The notes: a model not told the origin generated them from the letters alone. A stretch of 64,000 bases of DNA from Octopus vulgaris (GCA_951406725.2 OX597823.1:65348001-65412000); one strand, 5' to 3'. Counted from the first letter of the stretch, positions 28,904 through 42,555 are shown. Program-made: numbers and translations.

Positions 28904-28968
28904 GTATACATGCATGTATGTATATATGTATGTATGTATATATATATATGCATATATATATATATATA
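28570..28968. repeat. Compound (TA)/(TATG) microsatellite
   Basis: Direct reading. It is the source of six spurious Y/I/M/V ORFs. Confidence 0.95.
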
Positions 28969-29082
28969 ACAAAGTGAAGTTGTAAGATACCGCACGAGTG
29001 GAAATATATATGAAAGAAGGTGGTTTGAAAATGCAATTTTAAAAGATGTTTATTCACTTGACCGGTTTCACATTTTTAGAAA

Positions 29083-29445
29083 AAGATTGTCAAAAGTAAA
29101 ATGTAAAAGCTTTGTTGTGTTAAGTACTGGTTGTCACAAAATATTACAATACATATATTCACTCTTTGATAATAATAATAATAAAATGTTAAAAACAGTT
29201 TACAAGGAAAAATCTTGAGAAAATATTAAAAAGTTCTATAAAAATATTAGGTTTTCATTAAAAATAAGATTGTCAAATGAAAAGTGTGAAACCTTTGTTT
29301 TGTTAAGTATTGGTTGTTACAAAATATTACAATACATATACACATTCTTTGATGAAAATAAGAAAATATTAAAAACAGTTTACAGGAAAAATCTTCAGAA
29401 AATATTAAAAAAGTTCGTTAAAAATATTAGGATTTCATTAAAAAT
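29083..29445. repeat. Diverged tandem duplication, ~183-bp unit x2
   Basis: AAGATTGTCAAA...CAAAATATTACAATACATATA...AAAAACAGTTTACA...AAAAATATTAGG.TTTCATTAAAA occurs at ~29083 and ~29266. Confidence 0.8.
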
Positions 29446-29607
29446 CATGTTTGTTTGAAAGTATCTATATATAAACACAGAAAATTGTGTGTTCAAAAAG
29501 TTCATATTTTGGTGGTATATATATACACAGAAGGAGATATATTTAGGAGTTTACAAAGAATTTGAGATAAACTGACCTGTTTCACCATTTTATCCTAAAA
29601 TATCATA

Positions 29608-29671
<64 letters not shown>

Positions 29672-29771
29672 TAGATATCATTTGTAGGATCTCTTAGAAG
29701 AAAATGCAGAAACAACAGCATTTGGGAATTTTTAATCACACTTGTGGCGTTCTTTATATATATAGAGAGAA

Positions 29772-30150
29772 TGGGGTGCCCAAAAGTTCTCGGAAACGTA
29801 CTCCGTGGGACAAACCAGTTGTGATGCAGGCCTCCACCGCTAGAAGCCACTCCATGCAGCTCTAAAGCATCAGCCTGTCGATCAGCGTAGTCCGGTATGG
29901 TAGTCCTTCCATATGCTACGTCTTTGTTTTGCAGTACTTCTCCCATATTCATCGATTTTTGCGATGGCTGAAACGGAGGAAGACAGTGCTTCCAGGAAAT
30001 TCTATTTTCTGCTGGGCAAAACGGCGCCTGAAACAGTTGTCATGCTTCAAACAGCTTGCATAGACGTCGTTTTTCACGCTTTAGGAATGGTCATTTGTCG
30101 CCTGAAGACCAGCCTTGTTTAGGGCGATTCTTGACCAGCCTTGTTTAGGA
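29772..30150 (+). mobile_element. Mariner relic (5' end)
   Basis: TIR-like GGGGTGCCCAAAAGTTCTCGGAA and peptide KFYFLLGKTAPETVVMLQTA, typical of the mariner N-terminal HTH. Confidence 0.65.
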
Positions 30151-31732
30151 ACGGTAACAAGTTTATACACATGACTGCTTAATGCTTCTATTCTGTAATC
30201 TATTTACAACGAAGCACTAGATAGCACAACCTGTTACAGTACAGTGACAGGAATATGATAAAAGAGATCTATCTCTTGTCAGTTTGAGACGTTTCCCTTT
30301 CTTGTAACTGCGGTTGAAGAGAAGATAACCACTTCGAAAGGCATGCAGCCATCAGTCTGCTTCATGGGCGTTTCGAACTGATTTAGTGTGTCTACACCTA
30401 TTTGTCAGCGGCGAGAAATTTTTTTCCGCGGCAAAATACAATGTGAGTTCGAGTATGTCTCAATTGTAGTTGAATGGGTAACAAGATTGTGGATTCAGAA
30501 AATCGTTTGGTTATTTTAGAAAGTTCCTTTGTATGTATACATATAATGTTGTATGTGTCACTTTGCGCATACAAACAGACAATATTCATGTTAACATCTT
30601 TTCGGTATTATTGTAAACAGCTAGGATCAACCGAAGTAGAAAGGAACATTTGATGTTAGCAAGACAGAGACAGCAATATATAAACGGAAAATGGCTGTAT
30701 CAGTATAAAAGTCTCTGCAATGTACATTGGAGTTTTAGTATAGGACAAATAAAAATAATGGTTTGTCTCCCTTACATTCCTATTTAGCGCCAAGGTTAAA
30801 AGTGAATTGACTATAAAGTGTCAAATGATTAAATGTTCAAAGATATAACGTAAACCAGTTCAAGAGATTTAGCGGAATGTGTTTGCTATAGAAACGTGAA
30901 CAAATATAAAGATGGAAGTTATTAAAATAGATGTATCATCAAATAACTACTGATGGGATATATGAATATCTTAGGAAATGTAAAATTATGAATTTATCAG
31001 CTTTTTATGATTGTCACATTGCTAGCTAATAAAGGTAGCGAAAAATTATGTTATAAATATAAGGAAATAACAATGGATCAAAACCAGTAAGATGACGTAT
31101 GAAATCTTTTGTGGTATTTAGTTTCCTAGATTTACAGTCTGAATTCAAATCCTACAGAGATTGTATTTGACTTTCATCCTTCCATTGTGTAGCGGATACG
31201 TACCAATAAAACAGCGTGGTCGATTTAATTTTATACTCTCTCACAAATATATAGCAATATTTGGCCTAAAGCGTATTTAAGAAATCGTTATTTAGCTACG
31301 GATATATTTAAATACACCCAAGAATATATCATCGATTTACGAAGCCATTTGATGGCGATGTAAATACAAATTTTGAGTTTGTTTGTTTGGCTCATTTTGT
31401 AATAGAATTTTCTTTAAAATTCTTCAGAGAATTCAATTAAATAGACTTTGTGCATCGTAACGTTGGTTCTATTTATTCTATTGATTGGCATAGTTGTTAG
31501 AGCGTTAAACAGAGGTTCTTGTAATACCTTTTCTCATTGTCTGCAGTCTGAGCTCAAGTCCCGTGGCAGTCAACACTGCCTGTCAATCTTTCGGAATTGA
31601 TATAACAGACTAATGTCGGTGCAGTTCTATTTTACTTTAGCTGTCACATCGTAGACAGGAATGCTTTCTACTTGTGACTACATGGGTACCTAAAATAATT
31701 GGCAAGAGCACGGTATACGTTATCAACATACA

Positions 31733-31968
31733 TTTCTTATTTCTTTACTGCCCGCAAGGGGCTACACACAGAGGGACAAACAAGGACAGACAAACTGATT
31801 AAGTCGATTATATCGACCCCAGTGCGTAACTGGTACTTATTTAATCGACCCCGAAAGGATGAAAGGCAAAGTCGACCTTGGCAGTATTTGAACTGAGAAC
31901 GTAAAGACAGACGAAATACCAAGTATTTTGCCCGGCGTGCTAACGTTTCTGCCAGCTTACCGCCTTAA
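31733..31968 (-). mobile_element. tRNA-derived SINE
   Basis: rc: AAGGCGGTAAGCTGGCAGAAACGTTAGCACGCCGGGC..CAGTTCAAATACTGCCAAGGTCGACTTTGCCTTTCATCCTTTCGGGGTCGA. Confidence 0.85.
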
Positions 31969-32261
31969 ATCAAGATACATTTCTATTATCACATGATAAT
32001 TCGTACTTTATTAATCAAGTATTTTAGTAATGCTTTTATTAATGCTTTTATTAGAAATGAAATTGCTTCACTTACGCTTGCTTTTATTATTCTCTCCTCT
32101 TACCATGTGCAATGTCTACAGCTATTACAAAATTAATGATATTTTCTTGAATATTCCCGTTAGGAAAGATAGATCAGCGGTTTTCCACTGTTTCTTCCGA
32201 TTTATTAACAGTTTAATCTGCTAGTCCTCTGATGTCCTGAATTTACCTTTGAAACATAGAG

Positions 32262-32465
32262 CCTATTTTCCGGCAGCGGGTGGTGGTGACCCCTCTTGTA
32301 CTCTTTTGCCCCAACTTTCTCTCACTCTCTCTTCCTGTTTCTTGAGTAACGCTGCGATGGACTGGCGTCCCGTCCAGCTGGGGCGGAGGGACACATACGC
32401 CACAGAAAGCGGGAAACCGAGCCCATGAGCCTGGCTAGGCTTGAAAAGGGTGCATAAATAAAAAA
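32262..32465 (+). mobile_element. SINE-like repeat with V-domain/Mermaid-like motif
   Basis: CTGCGATGGACTGGCGTCCCGTCCAG motif and an A-rich 3' end. Second diverged copy at 17273-17473. Confidence 0.6.
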
Positions 32466-33068
32466 TAGAGCCCACTTAAATATTAGGCAGGGTAACATTT
32501 TCATGAAACAACAGAGAATGTCTTCAAACTGGGCCCGGAGTGGGGCCCGTGTGCCATATATCTTGGGACCAGCTTTCCTCAAGTCCTGAGTACTTTAACC
32601 AAAGGACTACCTTCTACTATTTGCCTTATAACTGGGTCCTTTGACAGATACAACTGTAGAGGGCGAGAACGGACCTGAGAGCCGCGGTGTCGAACTTGTA
32701 ACTCCATACTCTGCAAAATTCCGGTTTTCGCGAGTTGGAGTCTCACCTCTGAATGCAGTTTATTTCTTTTACCTATATTACTTTATTAATATCATGAAGC
32801 AATTATTACTGTTGTTATTCATAATTACGCTGTTATTTTGATTATCTTTGCTGTTGGCTTTGATATTCAACTGAGATAAGTTGGTATTTATTACAGGAAA
32901 GTATTTATTAAAGAAAGCTCAATGCTTCCTCTAAAGCATTATATTACGTTCGGGGAACTATACTTATAAAAGCTGTGAGTTTTCAAGACGAATAAATTCC
33001 ATAAAAGTTCAGTGGTGACCAACAGTGTTATGGAGGAGGGGACGGGCGTTTCAGAAAAAGAGAACATA

Positions 33069-33733
33069 CGAGGAGTGTTCATTATAGATTTCCTCTGACC
33101 CACCTCCCAAGGACTGGGATAATTGAAACTTGGCATAATTATTACTCCTTGTCAACATAGCCACCACCAATGGTGACACACTTCTCACATTACTTTATGC
33201 AGCTGTGAAGAACTCGTCTGTAGAAGTCGGCAGGTTGCGTCTGGAGCCAAGAATTTACCATGGAAATAAGTTCATAATCATCCGAAAAGTGCTTCCCCTT
33301 CAAAAACATTTCATGGTTAGAAAAAGGTGGAAGTCAGCAGGGGCGAGGTTGAGAGACTTAGAGAAATGAGGAAAGATTTTATAGCCACAAGTGTGTACTT
33401 TCATCTGTAAACATGCGCATTCTGAACTAGCAATACCAGTGCTTGACTACGTCATATGATGGTGCATCGTCACCACAAATGTTTTCATGTTTTCGAAAGT
33501 CTCTTTCGGTGTACGACCTTTCAAGTATAAAAACCTGATCACTGGTCTGCATTCAACTACCTCCATTATAACACCTTAGTATACTTCAGATGCCGTAAAA
33601 GACTATCAAATACTAGTGGAAAGCTACAATTTGCAATGCGACAGGTAGAGACACATGTGATTATACCTGGACAAGTTCCGTTTCCTGCAGTAACCGGAAG
33701 TGGGTCAGGAAAACCTTTAATGGACACCCCTCG
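33069..33733 (-). mobile_element. Internally deleted mariner element
   Basis: TA-flanked TIRs CGAGGAGTGTTCATTATAGATTTCCTCTGACCCACCTCC / GGAAGTGGGTCAGGAAAACCTTTAATGGACACCCCTCG, and residual NLAPADFHLF motif. Confidence 0.8.
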
Positions 33734-34272
33734 TATGAGCAAAAGTGTTTCATAAAATCTAAGGAATAGTTTTTTTTTCAGTTTCTATGGACTATATTGA
33801 ATAATGCGCTCAGTACACCACTGAATCACAAAGAAAACATTAATCTAATTATATGAATAAAAATCGCGTAGTACACTTTCGAGTTTTATAATGTCTTTAT
33901 AGGAATCTGTCGGTAAGCGAAAGGATATTTTCAATGAGTAAAAAAGGCTTCAGATTGGTTGAAGGTGTTGAAATATCTCTAAATAAGTATTATCATGATC
34001 CTTTAGGGGAAATGACACTCGCAATCAAATAATTGTTGTTAAAAAAAGACAAGAAGAATAATTAAACATTATCCAGAATACTTCATCGACGCAAATCGCA
34101 TAGATGTTGGTGCAAAGATACTCAACTGGAATTAATACACGGTTGGTGCGTATTCTGTAAAGGTAACAATGACGATCACCTTGAATCATAAATCTTTCCA
34201 AATGTGTAAATTTATGAAACGAAACTTCTGAAGAAGAAATTCCTACGCCAGAACCTCTATAGAACGTTTTTC

Positions 34273-34327
<55 letters not shown>

Positions 34328-34330
34328 ATA

Positions 34331-34378
<48 letters not shown>

Positions 34379-34434
34379 CCCCAGCATGCCCACAGCTCAT
34401 TAGCTGAAACTAGAAAAATCAAAATCAAAATCAT

Positions 34435-34472
<38 letters not shown>

Positions 34473-34544
34473 GAAACATGTTATAATGTATATATAAAAA
34501 TTAAAAATTGTATAATATAGCAGCATTTTCGAAATTCATTTTTT

Positions 34545-34653
<109 letters not shown>

Positions 34654-34991
34654 CATACCTTCAATATATATGTGAGCGTGTGGAGACAGAGAGAGAAAGG
34701 GAGAGAAAGAATATCCATGATGACGTGACAAAAAGAAATCCATGTTATATCTCACTGGTGGTAACGTTCATAGACCTAATGTCTACTTTAAGGCCATAGT
34801 AAACAACAATTGCATCAAATATGTGGGATATGTAAAGCCTGATATATGAGAGAATCAAGAAAATAAGAACAAAAATGAATACACAAAATAATGCATTTGT
34901 AAAATATTTAATAACATATCTCAAAGACATAGAAGCGAAAGTTAGAATCACATTATATATATATGTGTGTGTGTGAGTGTGTGTTTATCTA

Positions 34992-35035
<44 letters not shown>

Positions 35036-35063
35036 TATGTATATCTCTGTATATATATGTATG

Positions 35064-35115
<52 letters not shown>

Positions 35116-35282
35116 GGAATAAATCCAAATTTACAGTGAAAAATCAGATTTAGGATTAAATCCAATTCTATAGTAAAATATTATATAATATAATTCTCGA
35201 ATTATATTATATATATATATATATATGTATATATATGTATATATATATATATATGTATACACATACACACGCATACACTCAC

Positions 35283-35313
<31 letters not shown>

Positions 35314-36920
35314 TGTATGTATGCATGAATGTATGTGTGTATGTGTGTATAAAATTCGATTTTGTTACATTGGCGCTATATATATATATATACACGGAAA
35401 TATGGAGCCCCAATGTGGCAAGTAAAATTATAAGACAAAAATAACATAACACAGTAGCGTTAAAGAAATATGGAGATATTGGTAATATTACGATACAAAA
35501 CCTTTGCTTTACAATGACGTAATATGGTGAACGTCAGTTGTTAGGATGTAATAAAAGAGGATTAAAAGATGAAATCTTAAATCTTTGCAGGTTTTCACTG
35601 GAAGTCATAGTTAGCTACTGATGTAAATAACGCTTGCTGCATTGTTAATATCAGAATTTACCCTTAGCAGAAAAATTAATTTCTGTGAAATTAATTCATA
35701 TTGTTTTGGAATGATATCCTCTCTCAGTTGTAAAAAGAGCTAATAGCTGCTGGTAGGCGTTTGGTGTCTTTCATTAAGAAGATGAATTTCAATTCATCGA
35801 CAATTTTATTTATTATTATTTATCTATTTATATATTTGTTTATATATATATATATATAGCATGTCACTCAATTCATTATCTCCTACTGCCTGAGAAGTAT
35901 ATTTCATGTTTTCATATATCTTTTATATGTGTTGTTTCTATTATTGTCAAATACATGAAGTATTTGGTTTCCTAGTTACATATAACTATCAAAGAAATCT
36001 GCAACTCTACAAGTGCTCTTGCATTGGATAGAAAATTTCTTGCTAATATAAAGCAAGATTATAGGTTTGTTATTGTCGTTGCCGTAATTGTATTTACGGC
36101 TGTTGTTCTTCTTGGTTAACTCGATATCAGTCTCGGTGTCAGAACTATGACCAAAGGCAACCTAGCCATGACAACGATTCCCTCATTTCTTCTAGGTATT
36201 ATGTAGCTTATACTGCATTAACCGATGTATGCTTTTTTTTTAAAAAAGTAATAAGAGGATAAATTTTGTTTTCTAGTTTTGCCATTTAAGCAACCAGTTG
36301 GAAGTTGAAAGTGCCCTTGATGTATATCTACTGAAGAAGTTTGTATTCAATGAAATTGACGCTAATGACTTTTACCCCAAAAGAACCTTATTAAGTAACC
36401 CAGTTTACATCAGTAAACATAATCATAAACTAAGACATACACACACGACAAGCTTTCACTCAGTTTTCTTCAAACAAATTCTACTCATAAAACATTGGTT
36501 ACTTTGCTGTGAAGCTAACATGATAACCACTGACAACAGGTAAGTTCACCTCAACGAACCTTTACTGAGAACATTTATCCATAGTACGTCACCATATTAA
36601 TAGTTTAAAACTATTTATTGAAATTTCTCTGCTGCAATTAGATGACGGTGAACTTATGTACATGATAACGATTGGGCTGTACACGTACATAATATATAGA
36701 ACTGTGAACATAATTCTGAGTTTACAAAGTAAATAAAAAATATGCGGAAAACTAAGGCAGCTCTACATAAAGCATGGAAAAAAATTACTATTAATTAAAA
36801 CAGAGTTATTCTGATATGTTATTTATTTGAATAAATATCCTATCTAATATTATCACAAAGTCAGAGATTTGCAGGTGGAGAGTATTGTAGCAGGAAACAC
36901 TTGCCGAAAAACCAATTATA

Positions 36921-38013
36921 TTAGATTGTCAAGAAAGTTCTTGCGGGTTTTAACCTTTAAATTCAGATGCACATATCTCGGCTCAAACAAAACTTTATTA
37001 ATCGAAATAAACACCACCAGAATCAACACACTTTTGCCAACGCGAAACAAGTTTATTTATGCCAGTAGCATAAAAATCCTGTGTTCTGGTAGACATGAAG
37101 TCGATGAAGGCGTGTTTGGCATCGTCTTGGTTTTTGAAGCATTTCTCACGCAGGGAGTTGTTGAGATACTTGGAAAATTGGTAAACGATAGGTGAGATGT
37201 CTGATGAGTATGGCGGATGAGGCAGTATTTCGTAGCCCAATTCGCTCACCTTCTGCAGGGTCAGTTGTGCGATGTGCGGCCAAGCATTGTCGTGGAGAAG
37301 AATTGGGCCTTTTCTATTGACCAATGCTGGGTGTTGTCGGAGTTTCTTATGCATTTCATCCATTTGCTGACAGTACTTCTCCGTCGTAATGGTTTCCGTC
37401 GAGGAACGGGTAGTTCTTGTTGCGTAAAAGAAGGGAAGACGGCAATTGTTTTTGTTTGGTTGCCGTCTAAGTCATGCGGCACCCATTTCTCAAGTATTTT
37501 TGTTTTTCCAATCTCTTTCAAGTAGTTGGAAATTGTCGTGTACGTTACGTCTAATTCAGAAGCAAACTCTCGAACAATTGTGTGTGGATTAGCTTCGACT
37601 AAGGCTCTTAGTTGATCGTTGTCAACATCCGATGGCCGACCACTACGCTTATCATCTTCAAGACTCTCGTCACCGCTACGGAATTTATTGAGCCACCATT
37701 GTGCTGTACGTTCATTAGCGGTTCCTGGGCGAAATGTATCGTTGATATCGCAAGGTGTTTCAGCAGCTTTTCAGCCTAGCTTGAACTGGAATAACAAAAT
37801 TGTGCGAATTTGCTTTTTCTTCATGCTGAATTCAACGTTTCGAAAAAATGGCCTAATTTTTTCAAAAGGTAAAAGAATACCATGATTAGATAGAGCGAGA
37901 AACGAGCTTTAAAATGATATATAAATTTAAAGTAATTTAACGACAATTAATTTGAAAATACAACATATAAAACCAAAATTAAAAATTCCGCAAGAACTTT
38001 CTTGACATCCTAA
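36921..38013 (-). mobile_element. Mariner transposon with both TIRs, internally deleted
   Basis: TA-flanked TIRs TTAGATTGTCAAGAAAGTTCTTGCGG / CCGCAAGAACTTTCTTGACATCCTAA. Confidence 0.93.
36998..37824 (-). pseudogene. Mariner transposase pseudogene
   Basis: MKKKQIRTILLFQFKLG*..WLNKFRSGDESLEDDKRSGRPS..KWVPHDL.. then LLHDNAWPH and HPPYSSDISP. Premature stop, frameshift and loss of the first catalytic-D region. Confidence 0.9.
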
Positions 38014-38611
38014 TATTTATTTTGATAAAACGTTGAACCCTCAATATACGAAACGCGTGTCTAATTGTTCGTGTTCATTACATATGATTGAGTGGCTGAC
38101 TTTTATGTGTAATGAGTACGTATAATAATTAAATTATCTTATGCCATGATGTACCTGGACTGGAAGTAATAATTCATAGCTAGGGATATAGCCTGTGATT
38201 CTCGTCTTCTGGACTGTTTTTTAAAATTTTGTTACGAACTCGGAAACGACAGAAGACAAACTTGACATTGGTGGTATTAGAACGCAAAGCATACAGACTC
38301 AAACGGATACTGTAAGGCATATCAGGCATGTCAATTCACCGTCCATTGTTGTATATCACACTGATACTTAATTTTTTACTCATTTTAACAAGGCGAAAAC
38401 CCATAGTAACAAGTGAAGATGTTCATTTTTAAGTGAAAAGGAACGTCTATAATCCAGCATTTTACTGTTCTTAACACTACATGCGGATTCCCTCACAGGC
38501 TTACTCACCTTGCTCAATGCTTAAATTAATATGAATTTCAGTTTGAAAAGCCCTGTTGCAGTCAAAGGAAAAATATAAAGTCATTTTATATTTCTATTAA
38601 TATGACATAGA

Positions 38612-38727
38612 TGCAGGAGTGGATGTGAGGTAAGAAGCTAGCTTCCCAACCACATGGCTCGAACAAGTGTCTTCTACAATACCCTCGGGCCAACCAAAAC
38701 CTTGTGAGTGGATTTGGTAGATGGGCA
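38612..38727 (+). mobile_element. SINE head (OR/OK-type) feeding into the minisatellite
   Basis: GCAGGAGTGGATGTGAGGTAAGAAGCTAGCTTCCCAACCACATGG..CAAGTGTCTTCTAC, compare 47113. Confidence 0.75.
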
Positions 38728-39132
38728 CCTCGGGCCAACCAAAGCCTTGTAAGTGGATTTGGTAGATGGGCACCTCGAGCCAACCAAAGCCTTGTGAGTG
38801 GATTTGGTAGATGGGCACCTCGAGCCAACCAAAGCCTTGTGAGTGGATTTGGTAGATGGACACCTCGGGCCAACCAAAGCCTTGTAAGTGGATTTGGTAG
38901 ATGGGCACCTCGGGCCAAACAAAGCCTTGTGAGTGGATTTGGTAGATGGGCACCTCGAGCCAACCAAAGCCTTGTGAGTGGATTTGGTAGATGGACACCT
39001 CGGGCCAACCAAAGCCTTGTAAGTGGATTTGGTAGATGGGCACCTCGGGCCAAACAAAGCCTTGTGAGTGGATTTGGTAGATGGGCACCTCGGGCCGACC
39101 AAAGCCTTGTAAGTATATTTGGTAGATGGGCA
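38683..39132 (+). repeat. 45-bp minisatellite x10 derived from SINE body
   Basis: Unit CCTCGGGCCAACCAAAGCCTTGTGAGTGGATTTGGTAGATGGGCA starts at 38683, 38728 ... 39088. Confidence 0.97.
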
Positions 39133-41741
39133 CTGAGAGGAATATATTGATTATATTGAACCAAATATTTCACTGTTACATTATTTTTGTTCATCTCAGA
39201 ACGATGAAAGACTAACTTCTCCTCGGCATTATTTGAACGAGCAACGTATCTTTTCCGACGCACTAGCGATTATTCCATCCACCTCTACTTTTCAAGATGA
39301 TTTTGGCAATAACAATAAACAAGTGATAGAACGATTGACAGAATCAATAGTGTTGGAAATGCATAATTTGTTGCGCTGTTTAGTTACATCAAATTATGTA
39401 TTAAGTTGTAATCTTGCTAGAGCTAACTTTTCCTTTTCATACTTTAATCCCACATCTTCTACATAATTGATCAACTAAGTACCACTAATGTGCTTGAGTA
39501 GTTTACAGCAACCTATTGCAACCCCTTATAGAGAACAGCCTTGTATGAATGTAAGAAATCAATATTAGTAGCCATATGACATGCTGTGCAGAATTAATAT
39601 ATTCGTTCTTTCGGCGTATAATGATATATACGCTTACTGGCTTGCTCCCAAGACAACGTCAACAATCTTTCGCGAAAAAAAGGGAAAATAGTAATGAAAT
39701 ATTTCACGACAGAATATATCATGTTATGTGTAAAGCCGTACAAATTAGATAGCAGAATTTACACATGTAATTTGTCAGGTTGTGTAAGCCTTACTACGCT
39801 AAAAAAGTAATGTGGCATCTGCAGGAATAATTAATCTTCCTGGTTGGAATATTTCCTTATGTTTAGTTAATACGCGTGATTTGACAGTCGCACATGCTGT
39901 TATTTGTTATCATTACTACTGCAGCTGTTGTTGATGTCGATTTTGTTGTTTCTGTTGTCATTGATGATGATATTTCCGAAGCTGTTGCTGCCATTTTATA
40001 GTTAATTCTGACTGAGCTTAATTATCGTTGCTGATACAATTCAGTTTATAAATGCTATTACGTGGATGTTACCGTTGCTGGCATTTTGTTTTGCTGTTAT
40101 TATTATAATTTTTAAACTCTTTACTGGGGTTTGAATGGCAGAATTTATGACGCTTATTTTCTTTGTCAAGCCCTCCACCACCACCGACATGATTTGCGGG
40201 AAAAAGAGAAAAGGTTATCTTCAATTTAGAGACGTAGTCTGGATGCTTTAATCAGAGGGAGCTTCACCTAAAGTTACCAAATCGTGGTGATGCTAAACTA
40301 TGCCAAAGAATAAGTCTTCGACTAAAGAATTGAAACTTAACAGAGCCGGAACGGCATTTTCCCTGATTCTCTTAGTAACAATCGGGTAATCTATCTCATT
40401 AACCACTAAAGGTATACATAACTTCGATATGATTGGAAACCGACGTGCATAAAACCAGACCAAACACTGCAGGCTATTTATTTTTTATTGATATTTCTGC
40501 TGTTTTGTTACTAAACGTCGCAGTTATTGGTTTTGTCACTGAGGATGCTCCTGCTGGTCTTATTATTTTCTTATTTTTATCATCGCTGTGGTTCTTGTCA
40601 TTATTTTGTTTCAAGTCAGCTCTGATCGAACATCTGTTCGATGATGAAAGATGTTCTACAACTGACCAATTAACCAGTTTATTTTATATTAGGTATAGCA
40701 TGTGTAGGGAAACATGCGCTCTAGGTTGCTACCGTTGTTGATGATCCTATTTTTGTCTGTTAATATTACTGTTTTTGCTTTATTTTTCTAATAATCCTCA
40801 CTCCACACATCAAATTTGATAATTGAAAGCTTCTAACATACACCAGTCGCACTAAATCAACATTCATCGGTTATGTGGCAGTCTTGTCGGCTATAGTGAG
40901 AAACTCTAGATGTGTGTGCTAAGCGTCATTTAATCAGAAATCAGGATAGTTAGTATCGTTAAAGACTGAATAATCATCGTTGTATTTCTAAGAAGGCGTG
41001 ACCATGTTTGCTTGGTTCTCTTTGCCAAGTATGCTAGCACTGACTTTATTCAGTTTTCTAATGTTATTAATCAGCTTAATCTAATGGTTAGTGTGTTGAA
41101 CTAACATTCATGGTCATGCTTTTGCATTCTGAACGGCGGTGCCTTATTTATTTAAGCAAGGAATTTCTTTTCATTTTACTCCAATTTAAACAGTTTAAAA
41201 TGAATACCAGCCATATCTTGCCCTAGCTGTCACATTCATGTGTAAGGTAGTCGGGCCTAATGTTTAAGGTTAGCACTAGATTTCCGGTTGTCTCTGCTTC
41301 CTTGAGAAATATGGACGAAAACAGAGCAAAAGGCGAATAGATAAAATCAAAAACATGAAGTGAGACAAATATGCAAACAATGAAGAGAAAAGGGAGGTAA
41401 CAACTCTAAAAGAGGAAGCCAAACTAAAAGGAAAGGCAGCTATGACTTAGTTGATAAGAAATTATGTGTTGATATTCTATGAAAACAAGCTAACCGTTTA
41501 TAAATACGGTCTAGTAACTTGTATACAAATCTGTATAGGAATCTTATAACCTGTATGTAATTTCAGTAATCAATATGAGTATTCAGTATTTACAACATTG
41601 TGGTCTCTGCAATAACGTCTATTGGTAAGAGATTACCTCAATGTCAACATCTTCATTTTATGGTTGCTCTCTCTCTCTCTCTCCCTTCTCTCTCTCGAAA
41701 AATTGAATGCACGGAAAATGGAATACACAGGAAACGTTATT

Positions 41742-41854
41742 TCTCACAACAATTGTTTCGACTCGTCCCGCATCGGTCACCCACGGGTTGGGAAGTATAC
41801 AACTATTTGTGGTACATTCGCCTCGTCAGGTTTGTGTGTCTCGTCAGGTGTAGG
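41742..41854 (-). ncRNA. Putative type I hammerhead ribozyme with large stem II insert
   Basis: rc: CCTACAC CTGACGA GAC..(~75 nt)..GTC GAAA CAATTG TT GTGAGA. Palindromic stem III ACAATTGT and a GUU site. Confidence 0.5.
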
Positions 41855-42437
41855 CGTCTCGTGAGGAGATGTAACATAGGTATCTCATTAAATGAACTGT
41901 TTCGCTCGGATTTAATACAGCTTATTGTTAGTGATTGTAGGTTTAAGCCGTTACACGGGAATGGCGACGGACAAATTCTGTTGTAAAGTTATAGAGACAG
42001 GGAATAATTAAGGAAAATAAGAACGATAAGAAAAATTAGGAGAATAAAACATGCAATAAAGTAAATAATTAAGTGTGTGAGTACCTAAATATTGTTAGTT
42101 CCATACCCTCACATGCAATCTCTCCTGCATGTTCGTACACACACACACATGTACGCACGTAAGAGCAGTTAAGTAGATGGCATTAAACCGCCCAGCCATT
42201 CTTGTATCCAACTGTGAGACAAGGCACCGCACAGTCGTTTCAGGCTCACTGGTTCAGGGACCTCCGTTGGTCGTAATGAACGTGTTTTTTATACGTGTAC
42301 TACTAGGAACACACATACATATATACATACATACATTATATATATATATGCATACATGGGTACAGGACATGTGTGTATATATATATATATTATTTATATT
42401 ATTATTTAATTGAACACCATGCATCCATTTCCAACTA

Positions 42438-42475
<38 letters not shown>

Positions 42476-42555
42476 AATACATATATATATATATATATGT
42501 ATATGTGTATGTATATATGTATGTATGTATGTATGTGAATGCTCCTAGTAGTACA

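Noticed and set aside
28435-29057. Multiple long Y/I/M/V/H/T-rich ORFs (also at 3.3, 8.3, 34-35, 42.4, 45.6, 48-49, 55.3 and 58.1 kb)
   Set aside because: They are translations of (TA)n, (CA)n and (TATG)n microsatellites.
34025-34260. Minus-strand ORF segment with a possible acceptor site
   Set aside because: No convincing donor site and no protein motif. The ORF starts in a microsatellite.
38016-38068. TTGATAA...GAAACGCGTGTC hammerhead-like relic beside the mariner
   Set aside because: The core and stem II are too degenerate to support.
38586-39263. 225-aa repetitive ORF, or a CRISPR-like array
   Set aside because: Units are contiguous with no unique spacers and no cas genes. The ORFs are open only because a 45-bp SINE-derived unit lacks stops in several frames.
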